NCBI GenBank assembly: GCA_965209225.1
Contig: OZ242379.1
Span: 405,986-469,985 of the forward strand
DNA from: Thermodesulfobacteriota bacterium
GTDB lineage: Bacteria; Desulfobacterota_D; UBA1144; Nemesobacterales; Nemesobacteraceae
Length of the DNA: 64,000 nucleotides
Direction of reading: 5' to 3'
The notes under the pieces are model-generated. The model saw only the letters and a program-made list of their open reading frames with translations. It was not told the origin of the DNA and did not search any database. Below are positions 38,872-47,798 of this stretch, piece by piece; position 1 is the first letter of the stretch; every line of letters starts with the position of its first letter. Position numbers and translations under genes: made by a program.

Positions 38872-40091
38872 TGAATGATACGATCGAAGTCCATATTGAT
38901 ACGCTCGACGGCGTCAGCACTGTAGGACGCTTCCGCTATATCAACAGGCGCCACAGCCAAAGTTCGGCGTTCGAATACGCAAACGAATGGCTCCGCGGAA
39001 CAAACGCTTTTGCGATTGATCCTGAGAACCTGCCGCTCCGGGAAGGAGCGTTTTACACTTCTTCGGATAAATCCGCGCTGCCGGGGGCACTCCGTGACGC
39101 GGCACCCGATCGGTGGGGCAGGCAACTTATCAGACGCGTCCTCGGTAAAGCCGGGGAAAGACGAACCCTTTCAGAAATCGATTACCTGCTAGGGGTCACG
39201 GATCACACGCGTATCGGCGCGTTGCGCTTCAGGCGCGAAGGAGAAGACTCTTTTGATCATCATATCGCCAATTCTCGCATACCTCCCCTGATCCAGTTGC
39301 CGGCGCTTATCAACGCGGCTGATGCGGTGCAAACTAATACTGAAACCGCGGAAGATCTTAAACTGCTTTTGAATGAAGGCTCCCCGCTCGGCGGTGCCCG
39401 CCCTAAATCCGCGGTAGAGGACAAAGACTGTTCTCTGGCAATCGCCAAGTTTCCAAAACCCGATGACGACAGGAGCATACCTCATGGAGAGGTGCTGGCG
39501 ATGACTCTGGCACGCCAGGTGGGGCTAACCGTGGCAGATGCCAGGCTGCTGGATGTTGTCGGCCGGCCAGTGGCACTGATTCGACGCTTTGACCGAGTGA
39601 GAAACCAACGCATCCCGTTTCTCTCGGCCATGAGCCTTTTAGGGCTGAACGACGGAGACAAAGGAACTTACACCGACATCGCGGAGATCATACGCATGCA
39701 TTCAAGTTCGCCGACGCAAGACTTGAACGAACTCTGGAAAAGGGTTGTTTTCAATGTTCTTGTTGGCAACCTCGATGATCACCTGCGCAATCACGGATTC
39801 CTTTACGACCGCAACGGCAGATGGCGTCTCTCGCCCGCCTACGACCTGAATCCCGTACCGCTTGTGGAAAAAGCCCGCGAACTTACAACCTGGATCTCGG
39901 AACAAGGGCCTGAAGCCGATCTCGATCTGGCACGAGAGACAGCACCGTTTTTCGCTCTGAAGAAGAAACAGGCTGAAGCAGTAATTGATGAAATATCGGC
40001 TGCTCTGAAAAACTGGCGAAGCACGGCTCGCCGCTTAGGTATGAACTCCAGGGACATCGATATCTATGCCACGGCGATCCAAAGCAGTTAA
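38871..40091 (+). CDS. hipA: Type II toxin-antitoxin system HipA-family kinase toxin
   Basis: 406 aa with GSPLGGARPKSAV and catalytic GNLDDHLRNHGFL motifs. Confidence 0.88.
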   Translation: MNDTIEVHIDTLDGVSTVGRFRYINRRHSQSSAFEYANEWLRGTNAFAIDPENLPLREGAFYTSSDKSALPGALRDAAPDRWGRQLIRRVLGKAGERRTLSEIDYLLGVTDHTRIGALRFRREGEDSFDHHIANSRIPPLIQLPALINAADAVQTNTETAEDLKLLLNEGSPLGGARPKSAVEDKDCSLAIAKFPKPDDDRSIPHGEVLAMTLARQVGLTVADARLLDVVGRPVALIRRFDRVRNQRIPFLSAMSLLGLNDGDKGTYTDIAEIIRMHSSSPTQDLNELWKRVVFNVLVGNLDDHLRNHGFLYDRNGRWRLSPAYDLNPVPLVEKARELTTWISEQGPEADLDLARETAPFFALKKKQAEAVIDEISAALKNWRSTARRLGMNSRDIDIYATAIQSS

Positions 40092-40185
40092 AACATTAAC
40101 AGGCAATCACGCGACCCCATGCAGGATGGACAGGAGAAATTATCCGAATTATGAGCGAAACTTGAACCGTAACCGCCAGCTGCGG

Positions 40186-41532
40186 CTATTTTGGGTAATT
40201 CTTCAGCACAAAATCTAAAGCTTCATTCTTTGAAGAAAGTGTGTTTTCAAGCTGGAGTTCTTCAACCCTTCCCAGTATTTCCGAAAAAACGGGACCGGGA
40301 GAATATCCGAGATCTATAAGATCCTGTCCGCTGAGAAGCGGCGGGGGTTTTATCTCCTCTCTTCCATACTCTTCCATCTTCTCCCTGATGAAATCGTAGG
40401 CGTCGGTTTTCCCGTGGCTTGCCATGCAGTCGGCAAGATGCATCTGCATGTGCTCCTCGAAATACGGAAGGGAAAGAAACCTTTTAAGAGTGCTCTTTCT
40501 CATATTGAAAACATCCTTGAACTTAAGATGCTCAAGGATAAGCTCGGAAATTCTCTTTATCTGTTTTTTGGAGAATCTGAGCCTCCTGCCGATGCCTTCA
40601 GACATCTTGGCTCCTACCCTGTCGTGTCCGTTGAACCTTATCCTGTCAGACTCGCTGTAAGTAGGCGGCTTGCCGACATCATGGAGAAGCGCGGCGACGG
40701 CAAGCTCCTCCGAGTAGAGACCGTCGGTGTTGCCGTAGAGGGTGTCCATCACAAGGCAGGTATGCTCAAACACGTCTCCTTCGGGATGGAACTCGGGGGG
40801 CTGGCGGACTCCGTGCATACATTCGACTTCCGGGAGAAAATGTTCGAGAAGACCGCTTGAGCTAAGAAGCCTGAGTCCGTTTCCCGGATTCCGGCGGGTG
40901 AGTATCTTGACGAGTTCTTCACGTATTCTCTCCCTGCTTACAACGGATATCGCGGCGGCCTCGTCGCGTATGGACGAAATGGCCGCTTCGTCAAGCTCAA
41001 AATCAAGACATGACGCAAAGCGCACCGCTCTGATCATTCTAAGTCTGTCCTCCCCGAACCTTTCCCCGGGATCTCCTATAGTTCTTATAAGCCTCCGCTC
41101 AAGGTCCCCGATACCACCCGCGTAATCGTAGAGCTCTCCGAAAACCGGATCGTAGAGTATCCCGTTTATCGTAAAATCCCTTCTGCGGACATCTTCTTTC
41201 GGGCTTTTCGTGTAATCGACGCGTTCCGGATGCCTTCCGTCACCGTAACTCGATTCCCTCCTGAAAGTGGCGACCTCGAATTTCATGTCTCCTTTTATCA
41301 CCAGCACCACGCCGAAGCTCTTCCCCACCGCCACGGTCTTTGAAAACGCCTGCTGCACCTGCTCCGGAGTCGCGCTTGTCGCTATATCGATCTCATCGCA
41401 AGAAACGCCGAGCAGGGCGTCTCGCACGCATCCGCCCACGAAAAAAGCTTCATGCCCCTTATTCCCGAGGATCTTTACGATCTCAAGCGCCCCCGCGAAA
41501 TTTTTCTTCCCGAAATCAAGTTCCCTTTTCAT
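40186..41532 (-). CDS. cca: CCA-adding tRNA nucleotidyltransferase with HD domain
   Basis: 448 aa with GGCVRDALLG...DIDIAT (pol-beta head) and a C-terminal HD (LLHDVGK). Confidence 0.88.
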   Translation of the reverse strand: MKRELDFGKKNFAGALEIVKILGNKGHEAFFVGGCVRDALLGVSCDEIDIATSATPEQVQQAFSKTVAVGKSFGVVLVIKGDMKFEVATFRRESSYGDGRHPERVDYTKSPKEDVRRRDFTINGILYDPVFGELYDYAGGIGDLERRLIRTIGDPGERFGEDRLRMIRAVRFASCLDFELDEAAISSIRDEAAAISVVSRERIREELVKILTRRNPGNGLRLLSSSGLLEHFLPEVECMHGVRQPPEFHPEGDVFEHTCLVMDTLYGNTDGLYSEELAVAALLHDVGKPPTYSESDRIRFNGHDRVGAKMSEGIGRRLRFSKKQIKRISELILEHLKFKDVFNMRKSTLKRFLSLPYFEEHMQMHLADCMASHGKTDAYDFIREKMEEYGREEIKPPPLLSGQDLIDLGYSPGPVFSEILGRVEELQLENTLSSKNEALDFVLKNYPK

Positions 41533-41619
41533 AAATTGGCCACCATAGCGTGCAAAACAGTTAAGTTATAGTTTTTAATTTTACCCGAATCACAATCCGC
41601 AAAGACGGTCCGGACAAGG

Positions 41620-42615
41620 ATGAACGAAAAGAATTTCCGCAATTTCCTTATGCAAAGGACAAAGGAAAACGGTTCAAGACTGCTGTTTCAGAAAAAAGAC
41701 GGATGGAGCTGGAAACAGATCACCTGGCCCGATCTCGTCACTGAGGTTGAAAGCATAGCCTGCTTTCTTCTGAATTCGGGCTTCTCAACGGGAAGCAGAA
41801 TCGTTGTTCTCTCGCCCAATACACTGGCGTGTCTTTTTTTCGAACTGGCGGTATTCACTCTGGGAGGAATCTGTCTTCCCGCAAGGAATATGAAGGAAGC
41901 AGGGGAAATCCTCGTGAACTCATCCGGAAACTGCTTTTTTCTTTGCGCAAGCGCGGATGAGGCGCGCGAACTCGTCGAGACCCCAGCGCTCGGAGAAAAA
42001 ATAGAAAAGGTTTTTCTAAGCGTAAACGAAAAGATTCCCGTGGAGGGAAGGACAGTCAGCTACTCAAACGTCGTGAAATTCGGCTTTCTCGGCAGGAAAA
42101 AGCTCAAGGACGAAATAAGCGCGATTGGAAGATCTGTAAATGAAGACTCCCCGGCCGTAATATTTGACGCGGGGGCAGCGGCGGCCGAGAACAAAACCTT
42201 TTCCCATGGAGACATACTCGATCTGCTGCGCCTCTCAGAACAGGAATTGGGAAAAATCTCAGTCGAAGATCAGACATTCTCCTACCTTCCCGGCTGCGGT
42301 TCTTTTTCCAAATTCGCCAACTTGCTTAACCTGCAGACCTCAGCCAGAGGAGCCATTGCAGAAGGCACCGAAGACTTTTTCCTCGATGTTCCCGAGATAA
42401 TGCCGGTTATGCTCTTTCTTCCGGGTGCCAAGATCGAAAATGTCGTTAACAGTCTCCAGGGCGAAAACGGTTCGGGAGGAAATCTCAGAAGCGATCTCGG
42501 AGGAAGAATAAGGCTTCTGCTTACAGATGCCCCGCCGCCGGAGACAACAAGAGACCTGCTGCTTGCGCAGAACATATCCGTCGTCAAGCTCAGCAGTCTT
42601 TCGATCGTTCCCTGA
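41620..42615 (+). CDS. AMP-dependent synthetase/ligase-like protein, short and with a degenerate P-loop
   Basis: 331 aa. The N-terminal layout resembles acyl-CoA ligases (WKQITWPDLVTEVESIACFL), but DAGAAAAENKTFSHGDIL occupies the position of TSGTTGxPKG, and the C-terminal subdomain is absent. Confidence 0.5.
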   Translation: MNEKNFRNFLMQRTKENGSRLLFQKKDGWSWKQITWPDLVTEVESIACFLLNSGFSTGSRIVVLSPNTLACLFFELAVFTLGGICLPARNMKEAGEILVNSSGNCFFLCASADEARELVETPALGEKIEKVFLSVNEKIPVEGRTVSYSNVVKFGFLGRKKLKDEISAIGRSVNEDSPAVIFDAGAAAAENKTFSHGDILDLLRLSEQELGKISVEDQTFSYLPGCGSFSKFANLLNLQTSARGAIAEGTEDFFLDVPEIMPVMLFLPGAKIENVVNSLQGENGSGGNLRSDLGGRIRLLLTDAPPPETTRDLLLAQNISVVKLSSLSIVP

Positions 42616-42618
42616 AGA

Positions 42619-43770
42619 TCAGACCTGCGGTTCGTTCTCCGTTCCCTCAACGCTGCAAAACGCCCTGCCCCTGCCTAGTTTTAAAACCAGTTTTTCCTTG
42701 AGTTCAAGCGTCCGGGAATCCTGCACTATCTCTCCGCTTTCTTCTTTTGAGACTATGGCGTACCCCCTCTCAAGAACGCTGAAAGGGTTCAGGGATGTAA
42801 GTTTCCCGGAGTAATTCTCGATGCGCCGCTCAAGGTTCTCGATCCGCAAGGTCATATGATGCCTGAAACCGGCTGCGAACCTGTCAAGCTGCATGGAGAA
42901 CATATCGACACGGTTCGTGAGGGAACGGCTTAATCTAAGGCGAAGTTGTGCTAGATTTTCGAGAATTTCTCCTTTTTCCCTTACCGCCAATTCCGCGGCT
43001 ACTGAAGGGGTGGCCGCTCTCACATCGGATACCAGATCGGCTATCGTCACGTCCACTTCATGACCCACGGCCGAGATCATGGGAAAAGGGGAAGCAGCGA
43101 TTTTTCTTGCAACCCCCTCGTCGTTAAAGACCCTGAGATCCTCTTTCGACCCCCCTCCCCTGGTCACAACTATAAGATCAAGGTCATCCATGCCGTAGAG
43201 CCTATCAAGAGCTCTTGTTATCTCGGCCGGGGCGCTATCTCCCTGGACGCTTGCGGGAGAAATAATAACCTCGACGTTGGAAAACCTCCTGTATACGACC
43301 TTGAGAAAGTCTCTCACGGCGGCTCCCGAAGGAGAGGTAACTACCCCTATTCTGCGGGAGAGAAAAGGAAGGGGACGTTTTTTCGAGTCGTCAAAAAGTC
43401 CTTCTTCGAAAAGCTTCTGCTTGAGTTTCTCAAGCGCGAGCGCGTCGGCACCCACTCCCTTCGGCTCCATCGCGCTTACATACAGCTGGTACTTGCCGTC
43501 TTTCTCGTAAACTCCTACTCGGGCGGCGCAGATGACGTCCATCCCGTTCTCCGGCGTGAACTTTATCTGCTGATTGTTGCCTCTGAAGCAGACTGCGGAG
43601 ATCTGACTCTGTTTGTCCTTCAGGGAAAAATACCAGTGGCCGCTTGCGTAATGCCCCTTGAAACCGGAAACCTCCCCCGCGACCCATATTATCTCCCCGC
43701 CGAACTCAAGCTCAATCGCATCCTTTATCGAGGAATTGAGTTCCGATACGCTGTAGATTTTTCTGCTCAT
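42619..43770 (-). CDS. xseA: Exodeoxyribonuclease VII large subunit
   Basis: 383 aa with YSVSELNSSIKDAIE...VAGEVSGFKGHYASGHWYFSLKD (OB fold) and the catalytic region. Confidence 0.92.
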   Translation of the reverse strand: MSRKIYSVSELNSSIKDAIELEFGGEIIWVAGEVSGFKGHYASGHWYFSLKDKQSQISAVCFRGNNQQIKFTPENGMDVICAARVGVYEKDGKYQLYVSAMEPKGVGADALALEKLKQKLFEEGLFDDSKKRPLPFLSRRIGVVTSPSGAAVRDFLKVVYRRFSNVEVIISPASVQGDSAPAEITRALDRLYGMDDLDLIVVTRGGGSKEDLRVFNDEGVARKIAASPFPMISAVGHEVDVTIADLVSDVRAATPSVAAELAVREKGEILENLAQLRLRLSRSLTNRVDMFSMQLDRFAAGFRHHMTLRIENLERRIENYSGKLTSLNPFSVLERGYAIVSKEESGEIVQDSRTLELKEKLVLKLGRGRAFCSVEGTENEPQV

Positions 43771-43911
43771 CTCAAACCTAACCTAATCGGTCGAAGATAC
43801 GTTGGCAAGGCTATAGATCAAGAGGATCATGCTCGACCAACTTAAACTGTAAAAGCCCCCTTATGCGTAAGGATTGATTTGAATTGCCCCGCTGCCGCTG
43901 TACTCACCCAG

Positions 43912-44261
43912 TCATCCCTCGCCTTTCCACGGTTCCCCAGGAAGAAGCTCGATCAGGCGTGCGGAAACTTTCTTGGCCGACTCTTCCATATCCCAACGCC
44001 GTCCTGGCTCCAGCAAGGGTAGTATGTCGTCTTCAAAACGCGGGTCCTGGAGCTTACTCTCCATGTTCCGTTCAAACAGGACACGGGTAACGTTGTGACC
44101 ATCCCGTTTCAGATACTCGGCAAAAGCGGCGATGATACGGCCCGGACTGACCGACGCGCTGTCAAGCGCAGTTGCCAGATCAAAAAGATCCCGTCCCTTC
44201 TTTCGCTGATAAAGGGCGCGCAACTTCGTGCCGAGAAGCTCTTCAAGCGAGTAAGTGACAA
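43912..44261 (-). pseudogene. abiEii: AbiEii-type nucleotidyltransferase toxin, C-terminal fragment
   Basis: It continues the frame of 47324..47798 once IS-A and one TSD copy are removed (...SGSADVVT|YSLEELLGTKLRALYQRKKGRDLFDL...). The rebuilt gene is 816 nt, or 271 aa. Confidence 0.85.
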
Positions 44262-44284
44262 CAGCAATTCCCACTAAGTCCTAA

Positions 44285-44306
44285 AACCCCTTAAAATAAA
44301 GGGGTT
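44285..44306 (+). terminator. Hairpin just inside the IS-A left end, a possible read-through barrier
   Basis: Stem AACCCCTT / AAGGGGTT with loop AAAATA, followed by a T-rich tract (CAGGATTTTGTTTT). The same structure is present in the copy at about 628..650. Confidence 0.35.
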
Positions 44307-44418
44307 CAGGATTTTGTTTTCGTAAACTTTCAAGCCGATTTCAAGCAGAAACTCCCGCTTTTTCCAGCGTTCCCTCTCCCAAGTATGGTACACTGATTGT
44401 CTGGAACAACAACTATAG

Positions 44419-45731
44419 GGCACTTCTAAAAATTGGTTTGCGGTTCAGGATTGCGAACAACTTTCCATTTTCCCTTTCAACTCAAAGGGTTTTCGTCATG
44501 CAAAGCTGCTTTTTGTCCCATTTTTCGTGCCATAAGAAGCAATTCTCTGTGTTTCATGACCATTTCCAATCCTATTTCCCCTTATACCGTTCCCTCAAGA
44601 TAAACCAGCCGCCGCATGTTGTAAGCCAGATTCTTAAGTCCTATGTGCGCCCTGGCCCTTTCAATCCCTATGCTTCTTAAAAGCCTTCCTCCCATGTCGT
44701 TGCTCTGCGCTCCGAACACATGCTCAACCCTCACCCTCACCACCGAATAAATCCTGTTGGCATACTCAGCCCATTTCCCAAGCGGCTTGTTCCGGGATCC
44801 CTTGCGGTTAATATGACTTCTGTATCCCTTCTCCTGAAGCTTCTTCTCCATCTCCTTTGACCTGTAAGCGCTGTCTGCCCATACCCCTTCACCACTGTTA
44901 TCCTCATCCAGTATCTCTTCAAACATCTGACTGTCATGCACAGATGCGTCGGTCACCCCGTAATCTCTTATCAGCTTGTTCTTCGCATCTATGTTCACGT
45001 GGTTTTTGTAACCGTAATAACTTGTCCCACGTTTCTTTGTCCATCTCGCGTCGGTATCCTTCTGCGCGCGCTTTTCTTTCTTCCACTCTTGGGGAACTTC
45101 CCCATTCTTTATTTTCTTGTTCTCATCCCTCGTGTTTCTCTGCTTCGGCACCGACACTATGGAAGCGTCTATTATCTGGCCTCCCATTGCCTTGTATCCA
45201 CTTTTGTTCAGATAACCATCGAAATCCGCAAACAGCTCCTCTATCACCCCCGCCTGCGCGAGCTTGTCCCTGTAGAGCCATACCGTCCTTGCGTCGGGTA
45301 CCCTGTCTTTGAGCTCAAGACCCAGAAACCTTGTGAACGACAGACGGTCCAGTATCTGGTACTCCACCTGTTCGTCAGACAGATTGTAAAGAGCGCACAG
45401 AATTATTGTCTTGAACATCACTATCTCGTCCCACGGCTTGCGCCCCGCGCTTGACTTGCGCTCCCCCTCCGGCTTCCGCCACACCGACCTCAGTAGGGGA
45501 CGGAACATCTCCCAGGGAATTATTGCGTTGAGTCTGACCAGGGGGTCTTTCTTGTCATCCAGTCTCACGTACCTGTTCTTTTCTCCGAAATCCAGCTGTT
45601 CCACTTTCCTTCCTCCGGTTATTGTTTTATCGTATCTGTGCCCACCGCCCTGTAATTTGGCGGGGGGAGGCAGATATGCTTTGTTCCTGTTTAGAGTTTA
45701 ACTGGAATATAAGGGTATTTTTAGAAGTGCC
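44419..45731 (-). mobile_element. IS5-family element inserted into the leader of IS-A
   Basis: IRs are GGCACTTCTAAAAAT / ATTTTTAGAAGTGCC. The flanking CTATAG is present on both sides (44413..44418 and 45732..45737) but only once in the uninterrupted IS-A copy (522..527). The exact TSD length (2, 4 or 6 bp) is ambiguous because the site is palindromic. Confidence 0.88.
44582..45604 (-). CDS. IS5-family DDE transposase
   Basis: 340 aa with an IS5/InsH-like layout (GRKPWDEIVMFKTIILCALYNLSDEQVEYQILDRLSFTRFLGL ... DASIV ... WADSAY ... VEHVFG). Confidence 0.88.
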   Translation of the reverse strand: MEQLDFGEKNRYVRLDDKKDPLVRLNAIIPWEMFRPLLRSVWRKPEGERKSSAGRKPWDEIVMFKTIILCALYNLSDEQVEYQILDRLSFTRFLGLELKDRVPDARTVWLYRDKLAQAGVIEELFADFDGYLNKSGYKAMGGQIIDASIVSVPKQRNTRDENKKIKNGEVPQEWKKEKRAQKDTDARWTKKRGTSYYGYKNHVNIDAKNKLIRDYGVTDASVHDSQMFEEILDEDNSGEGVWADSAYRSKEMEKKLQEKGYRSHINRKGSRNKPLGKWAEYANRIYSVVRVRVEHVFGAQSNDMGGRLLRSIGIERARAHIGLKNLAYNMRRLVYLEGTV

Positions 45732-45757
45732 CTATAGTTTACTGCCGGAGGTGGACT

Positions 45758-47092
45758 ATGAAGGAACGTTTGCGTAAAACGCTGAGCAAACCGGGGCTGC
45801 TCCACGTTGCCCACAACAGTTTTAAAAAAATAGATGACGCCGTCTCAGGCCGCAGTTTCACTCTGCCTGATTACCTGATGTCGGCGCTTGCCGTGTTTTC
45901 CCTGAAATACCCTTCCCTGCTTGCTTTTGACGAGGCCGCGCATGATGAGGACAAGGACAGGGTATGCTCGAATCTCGAAAGTCTGTACAGAGTTTCGAAT
46001 GTTCCTTCAGATTCGGGGATGAGAAAGCGTCTTGATGAGCTTGACCCAAGAGATATACGCGGCGCTTTCAGGAAGCTGTTTGGGAAACTGCAAAGGGGCA
46101 AGGGGCTTGAAGGCTATGAGTATATAGACGGTCATTATCTGCTTTCAGTGGACGGCACGGGGTTTTTCTCCTCCCCGAGCGTACACTGCGATAACTGCTG
46201 CGAGAAGCATCACCGCAACGGCAGCGTTACGTATTATCATCACATGCTGTGCGGAGCCATAGTGCATCCCGAACACAAAGAGGTGTTTCCCCTTGCTCCC
46301 GAGCCGATACTGAAGACGGACGGGGCGGTGAAGAATGACTGCGAGAGAAACGCGGCGAAGAGATTCATAAAGGATTTAAGGAGGGAGCATCCCCATCTGA
46401 AGCTCATAGCGCTTGAAGACGGGCTTGCTTCAAACGCTCCCCATATAAGGCACCTGATGAACAATGATCTGAGATTTATACTTGGAGCAAAGCAAGGAGA
46501 CCACGAGTATTTATTTGAACAGGTGGACGGCAGTCCTGACACGGAGGAAGTGGAGATAGAGGGAGAAGGGGGAATACGGCACAGGTTCAGATACGTAAAC
46601 AACATGTCTCTTAACGAGTCGAACAGGGAATTGAAGGTGAACTTCCTTGAGTATCACGAGACAAAGCCGGGGACAAAGAAGAAGCCCGAGAGCAGGACCA
46701 CGCGTTTTTCTTGGGTTACGGACATACAGTTGAACCGCAATAATCTGATGAAGGTAATGAGGGCGGGGAGAGCGAGGTGGAGAATAGAGAACGAGACGTT
46801 CAATACGCTTAAGAATCAGGGTTATCATTTTGAGCACAACTTCGGACACGGCAACAGGAATCTTGCGAGCGTGTTCGGCAATCTGATGCTGCTTGCGTTT
46901 CTTATTGATCAGATAGAGGCGCATTGCTGCAAGTTGTTTCAGGCGGCCTTCGATAAGATTGGAAGGCTCAAGTATCTGAGAGAGAAAGTACGCGGCATGT
47001 TCAGAGAACATGTTCTTGAGAGCTGGGAGTTTTTGTACAGGGCAATAGTGGAAGGTTACAGGAGCAGTATAGAACTTCTCGACAGCACATGA
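45758..47092 (+). CDS. IS-A DDE transposase (IS4-superfamily-like; family not assigned)
   Basis: 444 aa with candidate DDE residues in LLSVDGTGFF, IALEDGLASN and RWRIENETFNTLKNQGY, plus a Cys/His cluster HCDNCCEKHH. Confidence 0.8.
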   Translation: MKERLRKTLSKPGLLHVAHNSFKKIDDAVSGRSFTLPDYLMSALAVFSLKYPSLLAFDEAAHDEDKDRVCSNLESLYRVSNVPSDSGMRKRLDELDPRDIRGAFRKLFGKLQRGKGLEGYEYIDGHYLLSVDGTGFFSSPSVHCDNCCEKHHRNGSVTYYHHMLCGAIVHPEHKEVFPLAPEPILKTDGAVKNDCERNAAKRFIKDLRREHPHLKLIALEDGLASNAPHIRHLMNNDLRFILGAKQGDHEYLFEQVDGSPDTEEVEIEGEGGIRHRFRYVNNMSLNESNRELKVNFLEYHETKPGTKKKPESRTTRFSWVTDIQLNRNNLMKVMRAGRARWRIENETFNTLKNQGYHFEHNFGHGNRNLASVFGNLMLLAFLIDQIEAHCCKLFQAAFDKIGRLKYLREKVRGMFREHVLESWEFLYRAIVEGYRSSIELLDST

Positions 47093-47323
47093 CAAGGAAA
47101 TACAGTCTTTATTATCGAGGTGGTCGGGAACTTGCTTTGGCGGGTGTGGGAGAGGTATGCGCAGGGATTGAGGTGGATAAGGAAAATGGTCTGGAACCGG
47201 CCTACGCAATGAAGAAAAACTGTTTTCTACGCGGGATCAGACACCCTGAATACTGGCAGAATCTCGAAAAACCGAAATTTGTTCGCTAACCCAAGCCCGG
47301 TAAGTTCTTAGTGGGAATTGCTG

Positions 47324-47798
47324 AAGTGACAACATCGGCACTTCCGCTGAACCAAGAAGAATCAACGGAAAAAGGAACTTTTTCGTATCCGAAAACGGAA
47401 AAATGTTCGTTCGGATTGATCTCAATCTTCAGAGTCATGCGTAAAGGCGGCGTGTCCGATGACTCAAACCTGTAAAGAAACTTAACAGAGCGTTTGCTCT
47501 GTTTCCATTTGGGCTTGCCAAGCCAAGGGTCGAGAACTTCGCGCAACGCATCCATCACGTGACCCACAGGCCCGGAACGCATCCTGACCAAGTCGATATC
47601 CTCAGAATAACGGCCCGGCGGTTTAAGATAAAGTTTGTAGAGCGCCGTGCCACCGCGAAAGGCAAGTTCGGATGCCAGTACCGGGTGCGAAAATATCTCA
47701 ACCAGAACACGGCTTATGATCAGGTCTTGCTCAACCTGAAAATCATCCACCCACGGCACCAAGGCACGCCACTCGGCAATGTATTCATGCAAAATCAT
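47324..47798 (-). pseudogene. abiEii: AbiEii-type nucleotidyltransferase toxin, N-terminal fragment
   Basis: It has the DUF1814/AbiEii-like motif ELAFRGGTALYKLYL..RYSEDIDL. The track ORF 47286..47798 continues into the IS-A IR (..VVTS AIPTKNLPGLG stop). Confidence 0.85.

Larger units (their letters stand above)
44262..47323 (+). mobile_element. IS-A, full copy (1743 bp of its own sequence) carrying a nested IS5-family element
   Basis: Perfect 17-bp IRs: CAGCAATTCCCACTAAG (44262 onward) and CTTAGTGGGAATTGCTG (ending at 47323). A 9-bp TSD AAGTGACAA lies at 44253..44261 and 47324..47332. Confidence 0.93.
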
